Positions 9,934 to 20,255 of a stretch of DNA of 64,000 bases are shown here, piece after piece. Made by a program: the position numbers and the translations under genes. Origin of the DNA: an uncultured Candidatus Binatia bacterium (lineage in GTDB: Bacteria > Desulfobacterota > Binatia > Bin18); the NCBI GenBank assembly GCA_965214605.1, contig OZ243961.1:2560001-2624000 (forward strand), in the 5' to 3' direction. Under the pieces are notes generated by a model. It did no database searches, was not told the DNA's origin, and was given only the letters and a program-made list of their open reading frames with translations. The first letter of the stretch is position 1; each line of letters starts with the position of its first letter.

Positions 9934-10950
9934 TTAAGGGGATCCCCGAAAATACGGGATCACATGGGCGCCCATCAGCTCAAGCACCCGGTAGGCGTGA
10001 TAGGCTTCCATGCCCGGCCACCAGATGCGGAAAATAAAATGGTTGATGCCGAGCCGGTCACGATGAGCCTCAACCTGCTGGATGACGTCATCTCTGTTGC
10101 CGAGGATAAAACGGTCGCGGGCCAAGGCTTCAAAAGGAACGCGGAACGATTCCTGACCGGGCATGGCTTTGTCCTGACCCCAGTCGGCGTAAGCCTGGTA
10201 TTTGCGCTCCAGGTATGGCCGGGCCACGGCTACGGCTTCCTCCCGACTGGTGGCCAGATGCATCTCTTTGATGATGGGACGCTCCGCCGGCGGACTGGCC
10301 GCGGCTTCTGATAGGGCCGCGGTGTAGACCTGGGTCTGGCGCTCAAGCGTGGACAGGGTGGCGTGCGGGTTAAGCAGCCAGGCGCAGCCTAAGCGGCCGG
10401 CCCGGGCGACAGCGCTGTCGTGATTGGCCGCAATCCAGATCGGCGGGTGGGGGTGCTGCACTGGGCGGATGGTACAGATCCCGCGGGTCACAGAGAAATG
10501 TTTGCCGGCAAACGTCACCTCTTCTTCGGTCCACAGCCGACGGATCAGCTCCAAGGCTTCGAGAAAACGGCCTGTGCGGTCCCGGCGGGTGGTATTAAAC
10601 GCCTCATACTCAATATCCCGGTAGCCCAGCCCTACGCCCAACACTACCCGTCCGTCGCTCATAACATCGAGCGACGCCACGTCTTCGGCCAGCCCGACCG
10701 GACTGTACAGTGGCAGCAGCACAATCGACAGGATGAGGTCCATCGAGCCGCTCTCGGCCGCCAGCCTGGCCAGGAGCGGAATGCTTTGCAGGTTTTGATA
10801 GGGCGGTGACAGAAAGTGCTGGCCGCAGGCAATGGAATCAAAGCCGGCGTCTCGTGCCAGGCGGGTGAGTTGGAGTGTTTCGCGGAACCGTTTGGTCGGC
10901 GAATCGGTCCGCGGGTGTTGGGGCATAACCATAATGCCGAACTTCATCAC
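9934..10950 (-). CDS. LLM-class flavin-dependent oxidoreductase
   Basis: LAEDVASLDVMSDGRVVLGVGLGY, PHPPIW motifs. Confidence 0.88.
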   Translation of the reverse strand: MMKFGIMVMPQHPRTDSPTKRFRETLQLTRLARDAGFDSIACGQHFLSPPYQNLQSIPLLARLAAESGSMDLILSIVLLPLYSPVGLAEDVASLDVMSDGRVVLGVGLGYRDIEYEAFNTTRRDRTGRFLEALELIRRLWTEEEVTFAGKHFSVTRGICTIRPVQHPHPPIWIAANHDSAVARAGRLGCAWLLNPHATLSTLERQTQVYTAALSEAAASPPAERPIIKEMHLATSREEAVAVARPYLERKYQAYADWGQDKAMPGQESFRVPFEALARDRFILGNRDDVIQQVEAHRDRLGINHFIFRIWWPGMEAYHAYRVLELMGAHVIPYFRGSP

Positions 10951-10960
10951 TGTCCTCCTC

Positions 10961-12124
10961 TCAGAAAAGGTCGGTCCAGAACTTGAACAAGAGCGTGCCG
11001 ATCAAGGTTCCCAGGGCGTAGCCGAGCACGCCCACCAGCACCCCGGGTGTCACCAGGTTGTGCCAGCCCTTGGCCGCCGCCAGAGCCGGCGCGGTCGTTG
11101 CGCCCAGAATTGCCGCGTTAGAAGCGGTAATCAGCTCGGGCAGGCTGAGCCGGCACAGCCTGCCGACCGAGAACGTCACCAGCACGTGAACAACCAGCAG
11201 GATCAGCACCATCAGGGTCAGCAGCGGCGCCACCTCAATCATGGCAACAATGTCGGCCCCGGCGGCAATCGCCGCAAAAAACACAAACGACAACCCCACT
11301 CCCAGTTCAAAACTACCGGCCAGTTTTTGTTCCAGGTCTGGTACCAAAGTGGCCAGCCCCAAGGTCATGCCGGTGATAATCACATAGCGCCAGTCGGGGG
11401 CGTCCAGGACTGCCACCAGCCCATCCCCCAGCGAGACGATTACCAGGGCGAGGGCCAGGGCAAGGGTCAGCGACATGGCTGTGGCCCGCGGGGCTCGCCC
11501 GGCTTCCGGCAGGCGAGCCGCGGAGTCGTGGGCGGGAAAACAGCGCGCCAACCAGGCCCAGCCCGGCAGCAGGGCGAGCAGACCCAGATAGACGGCACTA
11601 TATAAATTGTCGGCGGCCGTCGCCGCCGAAAAAAACGAGGCATCTCGCTGCAAGCCGGTAATCTCTCCCAGGGCCGCATAGTTGACCGAGCCACCGATAT
11701 ACGTTGAGGCAAACAGCCCGGCAATGGCCGCCTCGCGGCGATCCGCTGGCAAGTCAGCCGCCGTCCCTAGGCCACTCAGGTCCAGCACCAACACCGCCAC
11801 GCCAACGCCGATGACCGTGCCTGCAGTGGCCAGCAGAAAGGCCAGGGTCGTCCGCGTGGTGTCAAAGAGAATGCGCCGCAGGTTGGCCTGAAACAGAAAC
11901 AGCGGGATCAGCAGCGGCACGACATAAGTAAAGACGAAGCCGTAAGCCGGCGCAGCATGGGGAATGATCCCCAGATTTGCCGCGGCAATAGCGCCGAGAA
12001 GGGCGATGACCGCGCCGGTCAGATGAGCGCCGACCCGGGTCTGTTCGCCCCAAAAGCCCAGGCCGGCAATAACAAACAGGCTGGCTATGACTGCCGTATG
12101 ATTTTCCGCAGACGCCAATGCCAT
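10961..12124 (-). CDS. DUF819-family membrane protein
   Basis: Multiple TM helices; STYIGGSVNY and ASNAAILGATTA motifs. Confidence 0.8.
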   Translation of the reverse strand: MALASAENHTAVIASLFVIAGLGFWGEQTRVGAHLTGAVIALLGAIAAANLGIIPHAAPAYGFVFTYVVPLLIPLFLFQANLRRILFDTTRTTLAFLLATAGTVIGVGVAVLVLDLSGLGTAADLPADRREAAIAGLFASTYIGGSVNYAALGEITGLQRDASFFSAATAADNLYSAVYLGLLALLPGWAWLARCFPAHDSAARLPEAGRAPRATAMSLTLALALALVIVSLGDGLVAVLDAPDWRYVIITGMTLGLATLVPDLEQKLAGSFELGVGLSFVFFAAIAAGADIVAMIEVAPLLTLMVLILLVVHVLVTFSVGRLCRLSLPELITASNAAILGATTAPALAAAKGWHNLVTPGVLVGVLGYALGTLIGTLLFKFWTDLF

Positions 12125-12333
12125 CAGTGGACCTCTCCTTCTCGCAAAAGGGGGGTGATGATGATGACCACGCCAGGCCACCACCAGCCACCTTCCGCCT
12201 AGTGACACGCCGATTTCATTCCTCCGGCATTGTGCCGTAAATTCCGACGCGTTCAACGGACGGCTTCGGAAGCTGGCGCGCCTGGCGAAAACCTGCTATT
12301 GCGCCTGACACTGTCCTCTACAGAAGAGATGCC

Positions 12334-14409
12334 ATGAAACGTGTTGGAATTGACGTCGGCGGAACCTTTACCGATCTGATTTACGTAGACGAAGACCAGG
12401 GCCAAGTCGTAGTCCACAAACTTCCCAGTACTCCATCCGATCCGGCTCAGGCCACCCTGCAGGGCTTGGACGAGGTGTGTGAGGGGGCCGGCGTCCAAGC
12501 GGCACACCTTGACCACCTGTTTCACGGCACCACGGTAGCCACCAATATTGTCTTGGAACACACCGGGGCCAAGGTCGGGCTACTCACGACCAAGGGCTAC
12601 CGCGATATTTTGCACATCGCTCGGCATAAACGGCCTCTGTCTTTTAGCCTGTACCAGGATGTTCCGTGGCAGCAGCATCCTTTGGTGCGGCGACGCTATC
12701 GGCGTCCTGTTACGGAACGGGTCATTGCCCCGGACGGTGAGGTGCTCACCCCACTCAACGAAGACGAGGTCCGTGAGGCGGTTCGGATGATGAAAGCCGA
12801 GGGGGTTGAAGCGGTCGCCATCTGTTTTCTGTTTTCGTTTCTGAATCCGAGCCACGAACAACGCGCCAAGGAAATTGTCCGCGAAGAGTTTCCCGACTGT
12901 TATCTGTCCGTCCGCCATGAGGTGCTGCCCCAGTACCGCGAGTACGAAGGCTTTAGCACGGTGTGTTTGAACGCCTCGGTCGGTCCTAAGGTCAGCCAGT
13001 ATATTGAGCGTCTTGACCGCACGGTGACCGAAAAAGGTCTGCGCGGCGGACTCCATCTGATGACCTCGGTAGGGGGCGTGGCCACACCCCAAGGGGCAGT
13101 ACAACGACCGGTGAATCTGCTGATGTCAGGACCCGTAGCCGGTCTGATCGGCGGGATCTGGACCGGAAAAATGGCCGGCTCGTCGAGTGTCATCACCCTG
13201 GATGTGGGGGGCACTTCGGCCGATATTGGTGTGGCACCGGACGGCCAGACACGTATGAAACACCTGCTCGACACCCAGATCGGGGGCTATCACGCCATGA
13301 TTCCTATGGTTGAGATTGACGCCATTGGAGCGGGGGGCGGCAGTATTGCGTATGTTGACGCGGGCGGCATGTTCCGGGTCGGGCCGAAAAGCGCGGGAGC
13401 CGAACCCGGCCCGGCGTGTTATGGCCGGGGCGGCGACCAAGCGACTGCAACCGACGCCTTGGTCGTCCTCGGTCGGCTGCGCCCCGAGAGCTTTTTGGGT
13501 GGTCGGGTTCCGCTCCAAAAACGGTTGGCCGAGGACGCCCTGAGGGGCCAGCTGTGCCACCCCTTAGGGGCCGACCTAGAACAGGCCGCGTTGGGCGTGG
13601 CACGGATTCTTACCCACGGTATGGTCGAGGGCATTGAAATCAGCAGTGTGCGCAAAGGCTACGACCCCCGTGATTTTGCCCTGGTTGCGGCGGGTGGCGC
13701 CGGGCCTGTCTTCGCCTGTGATATTGCCCAGGAATTGGGGATCCCACAGGTCTTGGTGCCGCGCTATCCGGGCATTACCTCGGCGCTCGGCCTGCTGGCC
13801 ACCGACATTGTGTACGAATTTGTTATCACCGAGATGCAGCTGTTCTCCAACCTCGACCGTGACAAACTGCGCGGAGACTTTGCCACCCTAGAGCGGCAGG
13901 CGGCCGAGCGTTTGCGTGCGGACCGACTGGGGCCCGAACAGACCCTGACCCGTCGGGTTGCCGACTGCCGCTATATCGGCCAGGGCTATGAGCTGCGGGT
14001 CGAACTGCCCGCCGGGCCAATCGACCAGGCCTGGCAGGAGCAGGCCGTCGAAGCGTTCCATCGGGCCCACGAACGCGAATATGTCCGCCGCTTCCCGGAC
14101 AGTGACATACAAATTGTGAATATCCGGATCCAGGGCCTCGGTCTGATGCCCGAGCTGCGGCTCAAAGAGCTGCCGGTCGGAGCCCACTCGCCGGCAGAGG
14201 CGTTGACCGCCACCCGCGATGTCATCTTTAGTCTGGACGGCAAACCGGCAAGACTAGCCAGTGCGTTTTACCAGCGGGAACTCCTCAAAGCGGGCAACCG
14301 CATCAGCGGCCCGGCAATCATAGAACAGCTCGATAGCACGGTCGTCATCAACCCTGGCCTCACCGCCGAGGTCGACCGCTACGGAACCATTCTGATTGAT
14401 TGTCGATAA
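12334..14409 (+). CDS. hyuA: Hydantoinase A/oxoprolinase family protein
   Basis: GIDVGGTFTD, HGTTVATN, SGPVAG, DVGGTSAD, GAGGGS motifs. Confidence 0.9.
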   Translation: MKRVGIDVGGTFTDLIYVDEDQGQVVVHKLPSTPSDPAQATLQGLDEVCEGAGVQAAHLDHLFHGTTVATNIVLEHTGAKVGLLTTKGYRDILHIARHKRPLSFSLYQDVPWQQHPLVRRRYRRPVTERVIAPDGEVLTPLNEDEVREAVRMMKAEGVEAVAICFLFSFLNPSHEQRAKEIVREEFPDCYLSVRHEVLPQYREYEGFSTVCLNASVGPKVSQYIERLDRTVTEKGLRGGLHLMTSVGGVATPQGAVQRPVNLLMSGPVAGLIGGIWTGKMAGSSSVITLDVGGTSADIGVAPDGQTRMKHLLDTQIGGYHAMIPMVEIDAIGAGGGSIAYVDAGGMFRVGPKSAGAEPGPACYGRGGDQATATDALVVLGRLRPESFLGGRVPLQKRLAEDALRGQLCHPLGADLEQAALGVARILTHGMVEGIEISSVRKGYDPRDFALVAAGGAGPVFACDIAQELGIPQVLVPRYPGITSALGLLATDIVYEFVITEMQLFSNLDRDKLRGDFATLERQAAERLRADRLGPEQTLTRRVADCRYIGQGYELRVELPAGPIDQAWQEQAVEAFHRAHEREYVRRFPDSDIQIVNIRIQGLGLMPELRLKELPVGAHSPAEALTATRDVIFSLDGKPARLASAFYQRELLKAGNRISGPAIIEQLDSTVVINPGLTAEVDRYGTILIDCR

Positions 14410-14421
14410 GGAGATAGGAGC

Positions 14422-16197
14422 ATGGCACCCCCCAACGGCAGCCCCGGCACAGCTCGTGCGATCGATCCCATTACTCTGCGTGTCCTCAACGGTGCATTTA
14501 CGGCCGCAGCCAAAGAGATGGCCCATGTCCTGTACCGAATGTCGTACTCCAGCATTATTCGCGAGTCCGAAGACCTCGGGGCCGGTCTGTATGACGCAGA
14601 GGGCAATGAGATCTGCGAGAGCGATACCTCGCCCATGCACGTAGGCTCGCTCCCAGCCTATATTCGGGGCTTTCTCAAACGTCTCGACGGCAAGATCAAC
14701 GACGGCGACGTGATCTTACACAACCATCCGTACCACGGCTCGACCCATACTCCCGATCTGGCCGTGGCGGTGCCGGTCTTTTGGGACAGTCGTCTGATCG
14801 GTTTTGCCGCGGTGACAGCCCATTTGCTCGACATGGGCGGCGCCGCGCCGGGTCTGAATGTTGATGTGGTTGATGTGTGGGCCGAGTCGCGGCTTTTTAA
14901 CGGCATTAAGCTCTACGACGCTGGGGTCAAAAACGAGGATCTCTGGCAGTTTTTCTTGGATAACGTCCGCACCCCAGAGATGAATACCGGCGATATTGAG
15001 TCAATGATCGCAGCCTGTCAGCTGGGACGCGAGCGTTTCCTCAAGCTGGTTAAAAAGTACGGCGTGGATACGGTGCTGGATACCGCGCATGAGCTGATGG
15101 ACTACTCCGAACGCATGCTGCGTAAAGAAATTGAGAAAATCCCCGACGGCGAATATCGCGCTCCCCCTCAATATCTGGACGATGATGGGCGTAACCGGGA
15201 CCAGCCGCTGGCCGTGTGTGTCAGCGTCAAGGTTGAGGGCAGCAATCTGACGATTGATTTAACCGGCTCCAGCCCAGAAGTGCCAACCGGCTATAACGTG
15301 CCATATGAGGGCAGTACGCTCGTGGCCTCATACGTCATCGTCCGCAGCATTCTGCTTGACGAAGCGACTTTCCCCGATCCAGTGCCCCAGAATGAGGGGA
15401 TTTTTCGACCGATTCAGGTCGTTGCGCCCCAAGGGACAATCTTTAACCCACGTTTTCCGCGTGCCTGTTTCAGCCGCTTTAACCAAGTCCAGTATCTGGC
15501 CGATGGCGTGAATCTGGCACTGGCCCAAGCCGTACCAGATAAGGTGTGTGCCGGCAACGCGGCCCATGTCCATTTTCTGAGCTACAGCGGCTTCCAGGAA
15601 GACAAGGGCGAATACTGGGTCTATCTAGAGGTCAACGAGGGCAACTGGGGAGGCCGACACGGCAAAGACGGCCTCGACTCAATTGCCTGCTTGATTGAAA
15701 ATACCCGCAATAATCCGGTTGAAGAACTTGACCTGCGCTTTCCCATGCGTAATGAGCGCTATGAACTGCGCGAAGAGCCGGTAGCTCCGGGCAGGTGGCG
15801 GGGTGGGGTCGGGATTGTTCGAGAAAACCGTTTTCTGGTGCCCGGCTATCTTTCCTCAGAGGCTGAGCGACATTTTGATCCGCCCAAAGGGATCTTCAGG
15901 GGCCAAGACGGCTGTCGGGCATCAATGATTAAGAACCCCGGCGTCGAGGGCGAACAACGCCTGTACAGCAAAGTTACCGGCTATCCGATGCAGGCCAACG
16001 AATTGCTTCAGATCAAGACGGCCAATAGCGCCAGCTACGGCGATCCGTTTGAGCGCGAGCCCCGGCGGGTGTTAGACGATGTGTTGGACGATTTCATCAC
16101 GATCGAGATGGCGGAACAAGACTATGGGGTGGTGATTGATCCGACGACACTGCAGATTGACGACCAGGCAACCGCCCAACGCAGGGCGGGTCGCTAA
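14422..16197 (+). CDS. hyuB: Hydantoinase B/oxoprolinase family protein
   Basis: SSIIRESED, NHPYHGSTHTPD, GRWRGG, YGDPFER motifs; adjacent to hyuA. Confidence 0.9.
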   Translation: MAPPNGSPGTARAIDPITLRVLNGAFTAAAKEMAHVLYRMSYSSIIRESEDLGAGLYDAEGNEICESDTSPMHVGSLPAYIRGFLKRLDGKINDGDVILHNHPYHGSTHTPDLAVAVPVFWDSRLIGFAAVTAHLLDMGGAAPGLNVDVVDVWAESRLFNGIKLYDAGVKNEDLWQFFLDNVRTPEMNTGDIESMIAACQLGRERFLKLVKKYGVDTVLDTAHELMDYSERMLRKEIEKIPDGEYRAPPQYLDDDGRNRDQPLAVCVSVKVEGSNLTIDLTGSSPEVPTGYNVPYEGSTLVASYVIVRSILLDEATFPDPVPQNEGIFRPIQVVAPQGTIFNPRFPRACFSRFNQVQYLADGVNLALAQAVPDKVCAGNAAHVHFLSYSGFQEDKGEYWVYLEVNEGNWGGRHGKDGLDSIACLIENTRNNPVEELDLRFPMRNERYELREEPVAPGRWRGGVGIVRENRFLVPGYLSSEAERHFDPPKGIFRGQDGCRASMIKNPGVEGEQRLYSKVTGYPMQANELLQIKTANSASYGDPFEREPRRVLDDVLDDFITIEMAEQDYGVVIDPTTLQIDDQATAQRRAGR

Positions 16198-16886
16198 TAC
16201 CAGATCTCCATCCGCAAGCCTTTTACATCAAGCGGTGGCTGTGCCGGAAGCCGCCATGCCTCGCCCGTGGCGATTCGTCCGGCAAGCCAGGTCAGCACAC
16301 ACGCGTCCAACACATCGTCCAGCCCCACCTGAGAACGCTGGTACCTCGTCGTAACGGTGTCGAGCAGATCCCTCACTGCCTGAAACTCTACGAGTGTCCC
16401 AAGTGCCACCAGGCGCTCTTCACGTCCGGCCGGCGTCTTTTTACTGTGCCGCATCGGCGCCCCGACCAGCGTCCGAAAGGCCAGCTCTGGATGGCCTTCG
16501 TACACCCGCCGCTGTAGCCCTGGAGTCATCAGCCGATCGACTTCTCGAATTTTGGGCACAATCCCAAACGCCTGAATACTCAGCCCGTGACCGCGGATCT
16601 GGCTGTAGCGGGTCGCCCCGAGTAGACGGCGAGTCGGCGGACTGAACACGCTGCTCGCTCTCCCGGGCAGCAAGCGGCGCGCCAGCCGGTCACACTCCCG
16701 TCCGCCCGGCTGTCTCTCGTCCAGCAGACCAATCGGGATATCAACGACAAGACGCTCTGGCTCGGGGCAGAGGGCAAGAACCGCCCCAAAGTTGGGACAT
16801 ATTCGAACGATGGAGCGCCGCGTCTGGGCAGAAACACCTACCACAACCCATCCGGCCGGGCAGCCATCAACGCCAGCCAGCCACAT
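16194..16886 (-). CDS. DUF429 domain (RNase H-like) protein
   Basis: GVDGCPAGW, VDIPIGL, EGHPEL, DDVLDA motifs. Confidence 0.8.
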   Translation of the reverse strand: MWLAGVDGCPAGWVVVGVSAQTRRSIVRICPNFGAVLALCPEPERLVVDIPIGLLDERQPGGRECDRLARRLLPGRASSVFSPPTRRLLGATRYSQIRGHGLSIQAFGIVPKIREVDRLMTPGLQRRVYEGHPELAFRTLVGAPMRHSKKTPAGREERLVALGTLVEFQAVRDLLDTVTTRYQRSQVGLDDVLDACVLTWLAGRIATGEAWRLPAQPPLDVKGLRMEIWY

Positions 16887-16914
16887 GTCACGGGCTCCAG
16901 CCAAGCGGCGCGGT

Positions 16915-17391
16915 TCAGGACTGGTCCGGCGTGGTCCGAAACGGCTCAAGATCGGCAAGTTTCCCGGCCCGCAGCAGCCCCACCACCCACTGGTGGCCTT
17001 CCTCGGCTTCCCGCTGTTGGTACCACTGTAAGCCGTACACAGCCTCTACCTCCTCAGCCACCTCTTCCCCTTCTAACGGATACACCGCGGTGCCAAAGCA
17101 GGCTCCATCCTGGCGTCTGGCCCGGCGCACAATATAGGGGGGAAACCGCCGGGTCGAGACCACAAACGGAACTGGGACAGCCTCGACCCGATCCTCCCAG
17201 CCCGCGGGTCGCCACAGGGGACTAAACCCGTAATACCAGCCACAGACGGTGCTGAAAACGAGTAGACTGAGGCTGCCGCTGACCATCCACGGGCCATACG
17301 GGGAATGGTAAGCCCAAGCCAATGCGCCAAAAAACAGGATTGTCAGTCCGGTCACGACACCGGCGTGGGTCACAATCGTAATCGTCCGCAC
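16915..17391 (-). CDS. Hypothetical membrane protein
   Basis: GTG start after an AAGGAG RBS; two N-terminal TM segments. Confidence 0.55.
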   Translation of the reverse strand: MRTITIVTHAGVVTGLTILFFGALAWAYHSPYGPWMVSGSLSLLVFSTVCGWYYGFSPLWRPAGWEDRVEAVPVPFVVSTRRFPPYIVRRARRQDGACFGTAVYPLEGEEVAEEVEAVYGLQWYQQREAEEGHQWVVGLLRAGKLADLEPFRTTPDQS

Positions 17392-17560
17392 CCTCGTCTC
17401 CTTTTCGGTTAATCCGAATATAGTCTCCCTATCCGCGTCCCCGCAATTGGGGTTGACCGGCGCCCTCTTTATTGCTTTTTGGGAGAAATTCAGATAAAGG
17501 TAGCCGACGTCTGTTGGCAGAATACAGGATTGAAAAATTATCAGACAGAGGGAAAGTAAA

Positions 17561-18256
17561 ATGCAGCGGAACTGGAGCTTTTGGATCCTATGGGTTTTCG
17601 CCATTGTCGGCGTGAGCGGGTGCGGTCTCTCGGCAAAAAAGCGGGACGGCCTCGTGCTCGGCGCGCTGGCCGGCGCGCTGGCCGGCGGGGGGGCCGGGGC
17701 TGGAATTGGCCCAGAAGCTAGCGATAATGAGGACGACGGCCGAGCGGCCGGGATTGCTATTGGCGCCGCGGCCGGAGCGATCATCGGCGGGATCATCGGC
17801 TATACGCTAGCAGAAGAGGAAGCTCCTCCCCCTCCCCCTCCTCCCCCCCCTCCTCCACCGCCCCCACCCCCACCACCTCCTCCTCCGGCCCCAGAGCCGG
17901 AACCGGAGCCAGACCCGTGCCAAGGGCTCGTCCTGCCGGGCGTCATGTTTGACTTTGACAAGTCTGATATCCGGCCCGAATTTGAGCCCGTGCTTGACAC
18001 CGTGGCACGTCGGCTTGGGGAGTGCGCCGATATCAACCTCGCTGTCGAAGGACATACCGACTCGTGGGGGCCTGAGGGCTATAACCAAACTCTGTCCGAG
18101 CGGCGGGCCAAGGCAATTGTCCGCTATCTGGAAGCCCAGGGGGTTGATGCCGGACGGCTTGAGGCAATCGGTAGGGGGGAGAACGATCCGATTGCACCGA
18201 ACCAGGATCCGGACGGGCGGGCGAAGAACCGTCGGGTCGTTCTCAGCCCCCGCTAG
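17561..18256 (+). CDS. OmpA-family lipoprotein with glycine zipper and poly-Pro linker
   Basis: Lipobox VSGC, glycine zipper, 21 consecutive Pro, OmpA-C motifs (FDFDKS, EGHTD, LSERRA, NRRV). Confidence 0.9.
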   Translation: MQRNWSFWILWVFAIVGVSGCGLSAKKRDGLVLGALAGALAGGGAGAGIGPEASDNEDDGRAAGIAIGAAAGAIIGGIIGYTLAEEEAPPPPPPPPPPPPPPPPPPPPPAPEPEPEPDPCQGLVLPGVMFDFDKSDIRPEFEPVLDTVARRLGECADINLAVEGHTDSWGPEGYNQTLSERRAKAIVRYLEAQGVDAGRLEAIGRGENDPIAPNQDPDGRAKNRRVVLSPR

Positions 18257-18360
18257 ACGGCTCCAGCGGCACCATATGTCCAAGCGTATCAAAGAACAGA
18301 GCATCCTCGGGACTCTTCGCAGGTTCGCCACGGCGGCTCGGCAGGCTGCTGGGGGCGAAC

Positions 18361-18715
18361 ATGAAGGAACTGCACGCTCTCCAAGACGGCAGCTGGAGGG
18401 CCGGGATTCATGACACGGTCAGCCCAGAGCCCCAAGACACTGTCCTGGTCAAAACGCGGGCCAGCGCCTTTTGCGCCAGCCCGCTGGGACGAGATTCTGG
18501 AAGCCCGCCGGGGCTTCCACCCATTTCATTCTCACGCCGCCACAAACGGCGGTGTTGAAGGCACGACTCGGGACGGCATCGACCGTGGCCATGATCATCC
18601 CCAAAGACCGGGGTATCGCCACACCGAAGAGGCCCGTCAGGTCATCCTGGGCGGGATGCCAGGGGCCTTTCCCACCGTCTGTGAGGCCGACGATATCATC
18701 CACGCCCTGGCCTAG
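18361..18715 (+). pseudogene. Fused remnants: Zn-ADH-like N-terminus and isochorismatase-like C-terminus
   Basis: VLVKTRASAFC in one frame; ATNGGVEGTTRDGIDRG...FPTVCEADDIIHAL in another frame. Confidence 0.4.
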
Positions 18716-18792
18716 CATGCCCTACTCCTTTGTGTTTTCGCCTGTCAAAAAAGTGGACGAGTCTCTCTTCCTAATTTTAGAGCAGCACGGAC

Positions 18793-19992
18793 ATGACTCA
18801 GAGCAATGCACTTACCGGTATTCGGGTAATCGACCTCACCAATAACCAGGCTGGCCCGTCGTGTGGACAGATGTTGGCCTGGCTCGGAGCCGAGGTGATT
18901 AAGGTTGAGGAACCGGGCAAGGGAGACGTCGCCCGGACGAGTCTGAGCGACCAACCTGGCGTCGATAGCCTGTTCTTTTTGACGTTTAACGCCAATAAGC
19001 GCAGCCTGACGATCAACCTCAAAAGCGCTCAGGGCAAAGAGGTGTTTGCCAAACTGATCAAAACGGGGGATGTCCTGCTGGAAAACTTCGGGCCGGGCGT
19101 CTTGGACCGTTTAGGCTTTGACTATCCGAGGCTCAAGAGCCTCAACCCCGGCCTAGTCTTGGCCAGCATCAAGGGCTTTGGGACCTATGGCCCCCATAGC
19201 CACCACAAGAGTTATGAGCCCATTGCTCAGGCGATGGGCGGTTCGATGAGTGTCACCGGCTTTCCCGATAAGCCCCCGACGGTGACCTGGGCGTGCGTCG
19301 GTGATTCGGGGACCGGTATGCATTGCACTATTGGAATATTGGCCGCGCTAATGCAGCGTCGCGCGACCGGCGAAGGGCAGAAGGTTGAGGTGTCGATGCA
19401 AGACGCAGTCGTTAATCTCGTCCGGGTCAGCCTGCGCGACCATCAACGCACCGGTCGGTCGGTTGAGCGAAACGGCAACCAGTTAGGTCCGTTTGTCCCG
19501 GCCACGACCTACCGCTGCCATCCCGGCGGTCCGAACGACTATGTGTTCATTATTGCACAGCAGCAGATGTGGCATCCTCTGCTGCGCACGATCGGTCGTG
19601 AGGAGCTGATCGGTGACCCCCGCTATGAAACGGTGAAGGCACGCCTGGAGCGTCGGGATGAGGTGAACGCTTTTATCGAGGCCTGGACCAGCCGACGGCC
19701 TAAACACGAAGTGATGCATCTGCTGGCCGATGCGGGCATCCCATGTGGAGCCTGCCAAGACACCGGCGAGGTTCTGGCCGATCCCCATCTCCACGCCCGA
19801 GAGATGATTGTCGAAGTCGACCATCCGGTACGCGGCAAATATCTGACTGCGGGCAATCCGATTAAAATGTCGGCCTCGTCGGTGCCAATCACCAGCTCCC
19901 CGCTCCTGGGGCAGCACACCGGCGAGATTCTGGCCGAGTTGGGATATTCCGAGGCCACCGTGGCTGCCCTGAAGGAAGAAGGGGCGATTTAA
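18793..19992 (+). CDS. Family III CoA-transferase (formyl-CoA transferase-like)
   Basis: GIRVIDLT..QAGP, NANKRSLT, ENFGPG, VGDSGTG motifs. Confidence 0.88.
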   Translation: MTQSNALTGIRVIDLTNNQAGPSCGQMLAWLGAEVIKVEEPGKGDVARTSLSDQPGVDSLFFLTFNANKRSLTINLKSAQGKEVFAKLIKTGDVLLENFGPGVLDRLGFDYPRLKSLNPGLVLASIKGFGTYGPHSHHKSYEPIAQAMGGSMSVTGFPDKPPTVTWACVGDSGTGMHCTIGILAALMQRRATGEGQKVEVSMQDAVVNLVRVSLRDHQRTGRSVERNGNQLGPFVPATTYRCHPGGPNDYVFIIAQQQMWHPLLRTIGREELIGDPRYETVKARLERRDEVNAFIEAWTSRRPKHEVMHLLADAGIPCGACQDTGEVLADPHLHAREMIVEVDHPVRGKYLTAGNPIKMSASSVPITSSPLLGQHTGEILAELGYSEATVAALKEEGAI

Positions 19993-20255
19993 TTCGCCTT
20001 GGGGTTCGGCTCACGTGTTCTAGACATTCGCCGAGCAGGGCGAAAACAGGCCACTGCGTCGCCGCTCTGCCAGAGCTTTGCCGTTCGAGTGCCTAGCCCT
20101 GCCGCGGCTGACCAACACGTCCCCTTCTCAATCCCGCCGCCAGCCACCCAAGCCTCAGAAAATCGCGCCGGGGCCAAGCCCACCAATCTGTCTGCCGAGG
20201 ATCTCCTGCTCCATCCTGTCTGTAAGCGGAGCGACTTCCCTTATTCGATGCCTTC

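Noticed and set aside
17800-18036. Poly-glycine ORF on the minus strand
   Set aside because: It is the antisense reading of the poly-Pro tract in the OmpA-family gene.
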